Shown: piece after piece, positions 13,501-24,915 of the stretch | Position numbering within the stretch: the first letter of the stretch is position 1 | Layout of the letters: the number at the start of each line of letters is the position of its first letter | Source of the DNA: Geosiphon pyriformis uo1 | Taxonomy: Eukaryota; Fungi; Glomeromycota | Length of the DNA: 64,000 nucleotides | Reading direction: 5' to 3' | NCBI GenBank assembly: GCA_016748015.1 | Contig: JAAOMT010000239.1 | Location: forward strand, 547,554-611,553 | Notes under the pieces: generated by a model | Databases searched by the model: none | What the model was told of the DNA's origin: nothing | What the model saw: only the letters and a program-made list of their open reading frames with translations | Made by a program: the position numbers and the translations under genes

Positions 13501-15260
13501 AGCATACAACAGTGCTCTCAACAAACTTTATCATTACCCTTATGATGCCGAGATGATTTTCGACTTAGCAATGGCATTAATTAATGGAACTACCAAAGAA
13601 GATATTCGTCAAATGAAGAAAGCAGAATACATTGAATACACTATAGAATTAGCTGGATTCAATTACGAAGATGAAGTAGAAGTCTATCACCAAATTGCAA
13701 GTTACATCTACCCGACCCAAGAAGCTCAAATTCAACGATTAGAGCAAATGAACATTAGGCTATGTGAAGAATGCATTATGCCTTGCGATGAACAATGGTG
13801 TCCTGAATGCTATGCTCTTAGTATCCCCTTGCCCAGCAAAAATGATGAGAATGAAATTGAATTTGGAGAACCTGAAGAAATGGAAGAAATTGAAACAACA
13901 CCCATCTACCTTATCAAAAATCAGCCTGTCTTACAACTTAAATACTTCAACAACAATGAACAAGGAATAAAACTTGAAAAAGCACACGAAATTAATGCTG
14001 GATATGACCTAAGATATCCAGGCAAGGATACTCTTGTTCTCAAACCCAAATCTCTCACAAAAATCAACCTCAAAATTGCACTTGAAATTCCGCCAGGAGT
14101 CATGATTTAAATCGTCTCTCGGTCCTCTCTAGCAAGCAAAAGAATTAATGTCAGAGGAGGAATAATCGATGCTGGATACACTGAAGACATAACAGTGATG
14201 CTTCAAAATGAAACTGACAAACTATTCAAGATTGAACATGCTGAAAAAATTGCCCAAGCTATTTACCTACCCTTAATCAACATTTCGGGTTTGCAACTAG
14301 TCAATCAAAGAGAACAATTAGGAAAAAGCGATAGAGGAACCCAAGGCTTTGGTTCAACTGGACAATTCACAGTTCCAGTTAATATAGCTCTTAATATACA
14401 GAACAAATCCCACCAAATTCTCAGACTTCCATAACCGATTACCATTTCACCCTTTGGAGAACATCCAGAAATTTACACTTGCATAAAGCCAACAACCACA
14501 CAACAAATTTTTGAGTCCAATGAACAAGTCTGCTTGGAACATAATATTTTGATCCCAAACATTTATATTCCAGAAGGAACAAAGAAAGTCTGAGTTACTT
14601 TTTACAACCCCAATAATTACCCCATAATTTTATTAAATAATTTAGAAATTGGAGTTATTCACAGTAATATATTTCAACAAGAATTACCCCAAACAGTCCC
14701 CAATTTCCCTGAAATTATTGGACATTCACTACCAAAAATCAACTTAAATCCCAGCTCCGAAAACTACCATGTTGTCATGAGAAAACTATCTCGAATTAAC
14801 ATGGGACAACTTGAACCACAACAACAGACCCAGCTCAAAGAGCTAATTGCAGAATTTGCTGATATCTTCGCCGAAAACAACAATGACTTAGGAAGAACTG
14901 ATTTGGTTCAACACCAAATCTATACAGGAGATGCCAAACCAAGGTGACAACAAGTTTACCGAGTTGCTCCAGAAAGTCACCAATTTATCCGAAAAGAAGT
15001 ACAATGGATGCTTAACAATGGGCTTATTCAACCATCAATGAGCCCATGGGCCTCATCTGTGGTTCTAGTTAAGAAAAAAAATGGAAAGATACGATTTTGT
15101 GTTGATTACCGACAACTTAACAGTGTCACTATTGGGGATGCCTACCCTCTTCTCCGAATTGATGACATGTTGGATGCCCTTGGAAAGTCCAAATACTTTT
15201 CAACATTAGATTTAGAGAGTGGATACTGACAAGTTGCTATGGATCCCAAAGACCGCCCCA
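10598..15260 (+). pseudogene. Element B polyprotein: GTG extension-Gag (CCHC knuckle)-PR-Cys-rich-dUTPase-RT N-terminus, truncated by deletion
   Basis: ORFs at 10598, 11621, 12338, 13367, 14195 and 15008 share a frame. Motifs CHYCGISGHWKRDC, LILDSGS, AGYDL, RGTQGFGSTG, RFCVDYR. Confidence 0.92.
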
Positions 15261-15842
15261 AATTCACGAAAATATCACCTGTATAAAAAGAAAACAAGAA
15301 GTTATACTGGAATTCACCTGCCAGAACTTTTAAAGCTTGCTTTAAGAGAAAACCTAATGTTCACTCCAATTAGTATTCCACCAAATGCTACAATTCAACA
15401 AAAACTTCAACTGTGTCTCAATGAGGAAAACACTGAATATCCTCCAATCTATAGATATTTTCACATTGGAAAAACACTTTATAAATAGAAACTGGAACTT
15501 ATAACAACAAACCTCACAAAAGAAGCTATTCAGAAACAACTCCACAATGAATTCAAGACAACAGCTGGATCAACAAACAGTTGCTACAGGCTTAGAGCTG
15601 CTCTTAGATTTTATGACCTATTCCACACCTGTGAAAACGTACTACAAAACCCAATTTTTCAACTTTTGAAGATTCAATACATTGAAAAGCTCACAAAACT
15701 GAAATTTTAACAATTTTCAGACCAAATTTCTTCAATAATTTTGGATTATTATCTGGAAATAACAGACAGTACTTGGATTTCGATGGAGCTCAGTCTTAAG
15801 GAGGAGGTTATGTTACCAGACGAAATTAGAGATATCATTTAG
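15261..15842 (+). pseudogene. Element B ORF3 remnant (unknown helical protein), running into the 3' LTR
   Basis: YFHIGKTL...AALRFYDLF...IEKLTKLKF pattern shared with the other ORF3s. Confidence 0.65.
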
Positions 15843-16789
15843 CATGAAACTATCTTATAATTCCTATCATTAATTAGCATATATTATCGTTTCAAATTAT
15901 TACTTATGACATTAGCAAAAATGTCTGAAATTATCATTAATTAATAACCCAAATTGTACACAACACAAATGTAACCTAATTGCGATGATCAATCATGCAA
16001 TACCCCGAACTATGTAACATTCAGAAGTTCGCCAAAATTTGTAGAAATCCACCGAAATAATTGATAGTTCACTGAAATATCTAATAGTTTGCCAAAATAA
16101 CTTGTAGTTCGCCGAAATGTATCTTTAGTTCAGCGAAATTGTAGAAAATAGCAAAGTTCAAGTTCATAGAATAGTGTTACAACAAGTTGTATAAAAAAAG
16201 AGCTTCTTTCTCCAAGAAAATGTATCTTACCTTAGATTTATCTCTTAAAACCGTTCCTATATACACAAAAAAAAAAATATATCAAATAATTCGAAAAACC
16301 AAATTCTTTAATTATTGTACTTGGAAAATTCCCAAAACCCAACTAACATTTCAAAATTGATTAGCTACCAATTTCAGTAAACTGTTAGTGACTCCAGGCC
16401 TGGATAGAAAACGTTTCTCTTGACAAAATTCTATTTTTTTTACATTTCTTTTAGTTTCCTTTTCTTTTCTTATTACAATTATTAGGGTAGCCTACAGACG
16501 AGATTTCTGTAGAAGAGTTGACTTTCACAGCAAAGTAACTACACATTTTTAGTGAGCTTCCAGACAAACAATTTCTGGAAAAGAGTTGACGTTTACTACA
16601 ATGTAACTACATAAAGTAACTGGCAAGGAATTGGCCATTCCACTCATAAGCCCAGCAAGTTCAAATTATAGGAGATAATTTGAAGATAAATTCAGTTACT
16701 GGAGGTTCAACCACATCCAGAAAACGTGAATTCACAGCAAATAAGTATCAACAACATTACAGAAAAAAGACCAAAAACCTCCAGTAACA
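15811..16789 (+). repeat. 3' LTR of element B, preceded by PPT AAGGAGGAGG (15798-15807)
   Basis: Direct repeat of 9574-10552. Confidence 0.95.
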
Positions 16790-17555
16790 ATGTCCAAAAG
16801 AATTATTATCAGACCAAGGAACTCATTTTGTGAACAGAACATTAACAGAATTGAGCCAAAGATTCGGAATTAAGAGACCATTATTATCACCATACCATCC
16901 ACAAACCAATAGATTAATCAAAAGATTCAACAGAACATTGTGTGAAGCAATAGCTAAGTTCAGCCAAAAAAACCAGAACAATTAGAATTTGTTGATATTA
17001 TCAGTACTATTTGCTTATCGGACAATAAAGCAAGATACTACATAAGCAACACTATTTGAATTAGTATATGGTAGAACAGCAACACCACCAGTGGAAATAA
17101 AAGTCAGCACATACCCAACCGAACTAATAACAGAAAAGAATTTCAAAAACACATTGTTGAGAAGAACATATGACTTAATGGAAACATTAGAAAACAAATG
17201 ACAAAGAACAGCTGATAATATACAAAAGTCACAAAAAAAACAAAAAAAAAGACATGATAACCAACTACCAGATAAACCAGTTGAATTCAAGATTGGAGAC
17301 AAAATACTACTACATTGTACCAAAGTGGAAAAACAATAGAATGGAAAATTTGACCCTAAATGGAACAGACCATTTCACATAGAAGAAATTCTAGGAAATA
17401 AAGCTTACAAATTAAGATTAAATAACAAAATCTTGACCAACGCAGCACATAGAGATTGACTGAAATCATATCACCATATAGCATCATCAGCCACCAGTAA
17501 TATTTTACAATTAGGAGTACAAAGAATACTAGTCCAACCAAATAAAATTCCATAA
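16790..17555 (+). pseudogene. Element C integrase, C-terminal part
   Basis: SDQGTHF, PYHPQTN and GPY/F-like region; no chromodomain recognised. Confidence 0.88.
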
Positions 17556-17596
17556 GATCTGGAATTAATCATTATTATTAACAACAACACATCCAA

Positions 17597-18283
17597 TTGA
17601 TCAACAAAAGAATATATAAGAACATGGTCAATGCAACAGAAGAGATCAAAAAAATGGAAATTATGGACAATATCCATTCACTAGCCCAACAAATTTTTCA
17701 ATTAATCCAACACCAGGAAATAGAAATTACAATCAATCAACAAACCATTCATTACAAAAATATGGCAAAAATACCACAAAACAAAGCACAGAAAAAACTT
17801 GAAAATATTGTTGACAAGATTATAACCAAGATAAAATTGGCCATAAAAGAACAACAAATAATTAGATTATACCAAGAACTTATCAGAGAAACTTGGATTT
17901 GGTGGACACAACAATTTCCGAAAAACTATTGTCATTTTCACTTGAGACAACACGTAAATATCCAGAATTTGTACACTGACAAAACAAAATGGTTATTTGA
18001 TACAACAATACTAAGACAACTAGAACAATTTGTGGGAAAAAACAATCTAACCACACAAGTTCGAGTTATTTACTGGCTATATATGGGATTTCAAGACTGA
18101 CCAAAAATTTTACTTAACACAGCAATGGATACAATTACGAGTAATCAATTGAGAAAAATGACCAATGCCCAATTTAAAAAACTACAAACTAAAATAACAC
18201 AAGTAATACTTGAAAAAAAAGTTCAAGAAATAATTCAAGAAGGAGAATTAAAGAAATTAGATTTCGATGGAGCTCAATATTAA
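17597..18283 (+). pseudogene. Element C ORF3 (unknown protein, one internal TGA), ending LDFDGAQY
   Basis: Clear homology to E ORF3 at 34888-35328. Confidence 0.78.
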
Positions 18284-18296
18284 AAGGAAGAAATAA

Positions 18297-19180
18297 TGTT
18301 ACTCATAGAATATAAGAAATATAGTATTATTAGTCAATAAATATTAGCCAATCAGATATAGACATAGTAAATGTGGAATTCCAAGATTTCTCTCAAAGGA
18401 ATTGCAGAATTCCAGGAATTTCAGAATTCTCCAACAAAAAATCGCAGAATTCCAGAATTCCAGAATTCCTCTCATCAGAAATTGCAGGATTTCAGGAATT
18501 CCAAGATTCCTGTTACAAAAAATTAAGGAATTGAGGAATCTTAAATATGTATATATAGCAGTAGCATTAAAAGCAGAAAAGACAGAATTGACACTAAGAA
18601 CTCTTAGCTTAGTTACCACAATCCTCAAATAAATAACTATTCACTATATCAAATTCATTCTTCACTATCAACACTTCATGTTGATAGTAATTGATACTTA
18701 ACTATACTAGAACAATAGCTCTTGATCACGGCTATTGATGGGATACTAACTTGTAAATTATCTTGGCTTATTTCTTATTTTTTTTTTTTATCTTTTCTTT
18801 ATTTTCTTTGTTGTCTACTAACTTGATTAAAAAATTTATTCTTGGAACACTTATGGAGGAATAAAACTTAATTAAACAATACTTACTCTTGGAGAACTTA
18901 CAGAGGAACTGACGTCAGGAAACAGCACTGGTATATACTTATGGAGGATATCATACTAGGAAAATCATCAACCATTAAGCTAAGCAAGCAATTGATGAAA
19001 CTACAGTTTCAGAAAACTATTAATAAACTGTTATCTTTGAATCTTTGTCTATTATACAAAGAACTCAATTGGAAAAACCTTCAGACAAAATACCTTCAGA
19101 TTATCATTGTTACCAATCACTTTGAGCACCAAGTTATGGGTTTGTTATTTACATGACACCCCAAAAAAACATCTGTAACA
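18297..19180 (+). repeat. 3' LTR of element C (884 bp) with GGAATTCCA/CAGGATTC tandem array
   Basis: TGTTACTC...TGTAACA termini; purine tract at 18282-18293; U3 shared with the D LTR. Confidence 0.93.
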
Positions 19181-20485
19181 CCAATTCAGAACACTCTTAA
19201 TCATACTCTCCTTATCTGAGCAAAATTGTTCCATATGTTTCTTAATAGCCTTTCTGATAGTAGTCTCTTGCAACAACTTTGACTCAAACATCTTGGATTT
19301 TCTGTACCCCTTTCTGACAAGTGACAAATAACTAAAAAAATTCTCCACTTTTTGGCCACCACGAGCCATGTTCTCCAGAATGAGAGCTCTATCAGCATCC
19401 AGAGCCAATTATTTCCTCACAAATTGATTGAAACCAGAAGTATTAGCAGAGGTCAGACATTTGACTATCTTGGCAACCAGCAACTCCAAACCCAAGAACT
19501 TAGAAGAATGTTTATTTTTTAAGCACTGAAAATCACAGAACCAATGTCTGGAAAATATTTTATCTGCAGAATCTACCACCACCTTTTCTAGCAAAGACCA
19601 TATAGCATCCAAATCAAGACCAGCAGCAGCACCAAGAAACCTCCCCTTTACCTCCAACATCTTAACAGAGGAACAATCCTTAAAACAAAACCACCCAGCA
19701 CCATCAGCATCCTTGATCCTAAATTTCCAACAATCCTTGTTGGCCTGCTTACACAAACCATTCAGCCGAACATCTAAGAGCCCACCTAGGCCAACCAAAA
19801 CCATAACAGATTTGTGATCCGTATCGAAGAAATCAGAAACAGAATTGACACAATGCTTTATAACAGCAGAAGATAGAGTTCCACTAACAAAAATAAAATC
19901 AATTGTCTTCTCCATCCCCTTAGAATTGCTCCATGTAGCCGTTTTGACTAAAGAGTATCCAGCAAAAGAATTGACTAAACCTAAACCCAAACAGAACTTA
20001 AAATTTGCACTCCTCCCAAAGTCATTCTTGTTGAAATCACCACCCAAAACAACAAAAGTGTTGGAATTAACAGCCTTAGCAATAAGAAAATTCACTGCAG
20101 GAGCCTGAGCAAACCTAGTCCCAGAAGAAGCACCAGCATACAAACCCAGAATTGTAACTGAAAGCTTGCCTTTAAACAAAAGCCAAATCAAAATCAAACG
20201 ACCAGAAACCTCCTTGACTCTAGAAACATGGCGAGCCAAAGAGTTGTCCATGATTACAGCAATGCCAGTACCAAGATAACCAATATCCAACCCAGAAGTA
20301 AAAATCCGAACCCCATCAAATTTGTTTTTAATCCATAATCCAAAAGAGGACCTCAATTTTGTCTCAGCAACAAAAAAAACCATATTTCCAGAACTCACAT
20401 GCCAATGGACAATGTCTGTCTGTTTTGTAGGGACATTGATACCCCAAACGTTGCATGTAGCAAATTTCCAGATCAGACCACTCAT
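19181..20485 (-). pseudogene. LINE L1 ORF2 N-terminus (apurinic endonuclease)
   Basis: Motifs ATCNV.G, ETK, LGGDFN, IDFIF, TDH. Confidence 0.9.
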
Positions 20486-22349
20486 TGGGATGACAAAAAT
20501 AGGGACAAATCTGAACCAGAACACAAAAAATCTAATCTCACCATAATCGAACTGAACAAAGCCTTTAAAGCAGACAATTTAGACTTCAAACTGCCCATCT
20601 TGGAAGTGAGAATCTTTAAACCATTTGAACTAAGACCATCTGCAGATTCACCACCATTTGAAAGGAGGGGAGCAGGTGAAGCCAACATACTATTTAGAGC
20701 CATATCCGAATCCACAACCAGAGCCAAAGGCACAGAAACAGCCAAAGAAGAAACACAAGATGGAGACACCAATAATACCAGTTCAATGAAACTCAATTTT
20801 TTAAGAATGACAGAAACTTGATCTGAGAAAATTTTCAAAGAGCACTCCAAAACTGCCAAATGCTCACCCAATCCATCAACTTGAGGACTGGAAGAACCCA
20901 AAGAGAGAGGTGGACCACCAGAGAGCAAACCAAAACCAAAAAAAGAGCCACCAGAAAAGGAGTCAAGAGACACTACCTAAGTCCATGATTTACCACCAAA
21001 GACAGCAGGGTGAGAGATGGGAACCTTCTTCTTTACGTACAACTTGGCCAACTGAAAACAATCAAAACCAGAAGCAGGCTTCTTGAATGAACTTGAGAGC
21101 TCAGAAGATGATGCTACTGATGCATCACACTTCAGGGTTAAATGGCCAGAACACTCACACTTCTCACATTTAACCAAATCCAATCTGGCCCATGAGAGTT
21201 GTGTACCACCAAAGATAGGCTTAGTATGAAAGGCAGTATCCAAATTCTTCTCAGATTTAAAGCCAACAACAGCACAACAAACCCTATTGCCAGTGTTCAA
21301 AGATCAATTAATGATGCAGGTTTTCCCACAGCCCCATCCAGAAGAGTACTAAGATTGTGCACAGTCATTCCCACCAGCAAAGTAAACAAAAGCACTCTGA
21401 ACTGATTCCTTAATGTCCATGTATTATGATCTCCCATGGCCTTGACCACACGCACCAAATTTTTTCTGATTAGGAATGACCATTTTGAGGCCAACAGATC
21501 AGCTTAACTTGATTTGGCAAACTCCACCACAGTCTTCTGCCATAACCTAATTAATTACACTCTGATCAACCTAATTTCATCAAACTCAGCAACTGCGGCG
21601 ATGATCATATCTTTAGGTGTATCCATGGGAATCTCTTTGATTACTATGGCCCGATCTGAGTGCATTCCTGATTTCTTAAGATTGGTGTTTACAATGATCT
21701 TATTTTTCCTGGCCAATAATGTAGCCACTTCTATGTTCTTTTCTGAAGTGAAGATAGATCTGATGATCTTTTCAAATTTTGAGGGGGTGGTGGCCCCCCC
21801 AAAACCATTGATTTTTGAAAAAATTTTTCTGATGAACTGAGTTTTTGACATAGCCAAATTCTCTTCCACAGCCAAAAAATTGATATCTAAAGCAAATGAC
21901 TTTTTAACCGACACCTCCACAGAAGTTTTGATGATCTTGGGATCAATCCAAATCTTTTCCAAAAGAACCTTTTTCTTAAGGGGAGGCAGAAGGGGCTTTA
22001 CTTTCTTATCTATCTCAAAGTCAGAAGGATTAATAGGAGAACCGAAATTTGTACCAGTATTTACTCATTTAATCTTGGGAGTGTAAACAGCCAAATCTAA
22101 GAGAGAACCATCAAAACCACCAGACATATTAGCATCTTTATCATCACCAGATAGGCTCTCTACATTAGAATATATACTAGCACCAGAACCAGACTTCAAA
22201 GAGATATTTTTCTTATCACCAGAGTGTTTAACATTCCCAAGAGGAACTTTCTTTCTTTGTGAAAAGAAACCACCAGCAGAACTGTAAAACACACTCTTAG
22301 GAGCCTTCTTACTAGACATGCTGCCACTAGAAGCAGTCTCTAAATCCAT
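20482..22349 (-). pseudogene. LINE L1 ORF1 (Gag-like; CCHC knuckle, Ser-rich, coiled-coil end)
   Basis: Knuckle CEKCECSGHLTLKC; aligns with L2 ORF1. Confidence 0.85.
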
Positions 22350-23335
22350 GACAAAAGGGTTATTAGTTAAAGAAATGTCGAAATAAAACTAATAAGAAAA
22401 AACAAAAAAAAACTTCTTTCTCGAAAAATGCTCTTTGGGGAATTTTGGACATAGAAGAGAAAGATTTTTTTTTAAACTAATTTTAAAATTATAATTAGTA
22501 TTAACAGAGCCAATAAAAAAATAATATTATAAAAACCTAAAAAATAATAATAATTTTTCTAAATAATATTTTATAATTTATTGTTATTATGTATTAGCTT
22601 TATTTAAAAGTTTTGTAAATATAAATAAAAATATATTATGAATATAAATTATATTTAATAAAATAAAATTGTTATTTTATGTGTGTGAATCAAGATTTTT
22701 AATTCAACTAAATTTTCAATTTCAATAACAACTTTTATTCAATAATAAAGATTGGTGATGCATTAATAAAAGTGTTTGTTTATATTATTATTATTAAAAC
22801 CTAAGTAAATAAAATAAAGAGATACTAAATTAAAATATATTTCTTCAAATTTACATTTTTTTATTTTATAATGGCGCTTATTGCAAGTGTTTCTTCTTGA
22901 AGCTTTTAGTGAAACAGAGGGATAAGTTTGGGCAATATAACGGTGAATAAATAAAAAGGGTAACGGCGATATCAAAGGTAACATTTACGTGTCGACCTTT
23001 TTTTGGAATTTAGAAACACGATAACATTTTTTGCCGCCGGCCATTCTCTATTTTAGTCCACAAAGAATTTCAGCAGTACAATATTTTTCATGTAATACAT
23101 GAAGCCTAAATCGTTTTTACTTGGCGTCTTTGTGTATTATAGCTACTTGGATTTGTTCATAGTTAAACCTATTTAGTATGATGAATAACGATATGTGAAC
23201 ACAGAGAAATAACATAAATACTAACTCCACCTTTAAAAAATTTACTTTCTAAAAAAAACCTTTGTTCTTGTTAAAAACCCTATTCGAATAATAGCCTATT
23301 CAATTTTATTTAATTTTATTCACATAAAGTTAACC

Positions 23336-24256
23336 ATGGAAAACAAAGAAATTAAAAGAACAACTCGTCCATACGCTCATAATTGCAATGAGTGTCGAGG
23401 GTGTCAACAGAGTATTAAAGATGATAGTAATAATTGTTGTAGAGAATGCTGGTTCATGTTTTTTGAAAAAAATTATAAAGACTTTTCAAGTGGTAACGAA
23501 GAAGTTGATAAAATAATTAAGAATCCAATCTATATTCCACCTAATCAATCTGATAATTGGTATGGTAGATTGAATTACTATGAATGGATTCCATGGGAAC
23601 GTTTGTTGTATATCAACGAAATTGCTAGAGGAGGGTTTGGTATAATTTATAAAGCAACTCTAATTGATGGATTAATTGATCTATATAGTATAAAACATCA
23701 TGGTTCATTGGAATTTGAAAGAGAAAGAATAGACATAGAAGTAGCAATAAAAATTATAAAAACGAACAGTTCAGAAGTGATTAAAGAGGTAAATAAAGTA
23801 TTATTATTTATATCTATATATTTAATTCATTTTTAATTAATTCATATTTACCTATTATTTATTTACTATATATATTATTTATTTACTTAATCTTTTTTTA
23901 CACTGTGTTTTGATAGTTAAATATTCAAAGAGCTATGTTTATTAATAACGGTGAATATGGAAGTTCTTATGTCTCTAAAATATTGGGGATTACGCGAAAC
24001 GCTGAAACACTCGAGTATGGAATTGTGATGGAGTTTGCCGAACATGGAGATATGCGAAAATATTTATCAACAAATTTTCATTCTACGAGTTGGAAAGATA
24101 AATTACAGATCGCGTACCGTATAGCTTCTGGACTTTCTTCAATTCATTCTTCTGGTATGGTTCATCGTGACCTACATTCGGGCAACATCCTACAATTATA
24201 CACTGATGTGGTAACTATTGGAGACCTCGGATTATGTCAACCTACAAACCATGAAG

Positions 24257-24287
<31 letters not shown>

Positions 24288-24915
24288 AACAACAGAGGAA
24301 AAAAAGATATTTGGAGTGATTCCATATATTCCACCAGAAGTTTTAAGAGGAGAAGAGTTTACAACAGCTGGTGATATTTATAGTTATGGAATGTTATTAT
24401 GGGAATTATCAATAGGAAAACCTCCTTTTCATGATTGTCCTCATGACGAAATCCTTATAATGGCTATTTTAAATGGTCAAAGACCTAATATTACCTCCCC
24501 ACTTATTCCACCTCCAATTGCCGAAATAATTATAAAGTGTTGGGATCCTAATCCTAAGAATCGTCCTACTGCCATAGAGGTTAAAGATAAGTTTTGGGAA
24601 CTTTTTAAGTTGTATTGGAATAATATTAATATTAATATTAATAAGTTTAAAAGATGGATATACTTTGGGAAATCAAATAAACTTATAAGAAAAACAGCAA
24701 AAAATGACTCGACAACAACAAAGATAGGAATTCATCCAGAAGCAGTTTATACAAGTCGTCTTTTAACTGCTCAAATGGTCAATTTTTCAACAGGTTTGTT
24801 TATTTAATTTATAAAATGATTCATTTTATTTGCTTTAATTACATATTTTAACTTTCTTTTTAAAGAATTAGTCTATTTACCTGAGAGTAACAAAGTTGAA
24901 GAAAATTTTGAATGA
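23336..24915 (+). CDS. Tyrosine-kinase-like (TKL) protein kinase, about 459 aa; exons 23336-23788, 23917-24793, 24866-24915
   Basis: Motifs RGGFG, VAIK, HRDLHSGN, GDLG, YIPPE, DIYSYG; N-terminal CxxC pairs. GT-AG introns keep the frame. Third exon is less certain. Confidence 0.9.

Larger units (their letters stand above)
9574..16789 (+). mobile_element. Ty3/Gypsy element B, internally deleted (lacks RT C-terminus, RNase H and integrase); 4-bp TSD ATGT
   Basis: Two 979-bp LTRs. ATGT at 9570-9573 and 16790-16793. Host integrase reads HG-C-PKELLSDQG across the junction. Confidence 0.96.
2397..19180 (+). mobile_element. Ty3/Gypsy element C (dUTPase-bearing); hosts A in its 5' LTR and B in its integrase; itself inserted into LINE L1
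   Basis: LTR remnant 2397-2642 matches 18935-19180. PBS, gag, PR, dUTPase, RT, RH, IN, ORF3 and PPT are in order. Confidence 0.93.
19181..22480 (-). mobile_element. LINE L1, 5' half (ORF1 and APE endonuclease), interrupted by element C
   Basis: Collinear paralogue of 37500-40842; the rest should lie left of the window. Confidence 0.9.

Noticed and set aside
17597-18283. ORF3 as env or chromodomain
   Set aside because: No TM segment, signal peptide, furin site or aromatic-cage pattern seen.
18687-18845. Spliceosomal intron in the LTR (GTAATT, U-tract, TACTAAC)
   Set aside because: Branch-like TACTAAY recurs in C, D and E, but no consistent acceptor AG could be placed; needs RNA data.
18909-18935. 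Hammerhead-like CTGACG...GAAAC
   Set aside because: Lacks the final A of CUGANGA, has no stem II and no proper stem I or III.
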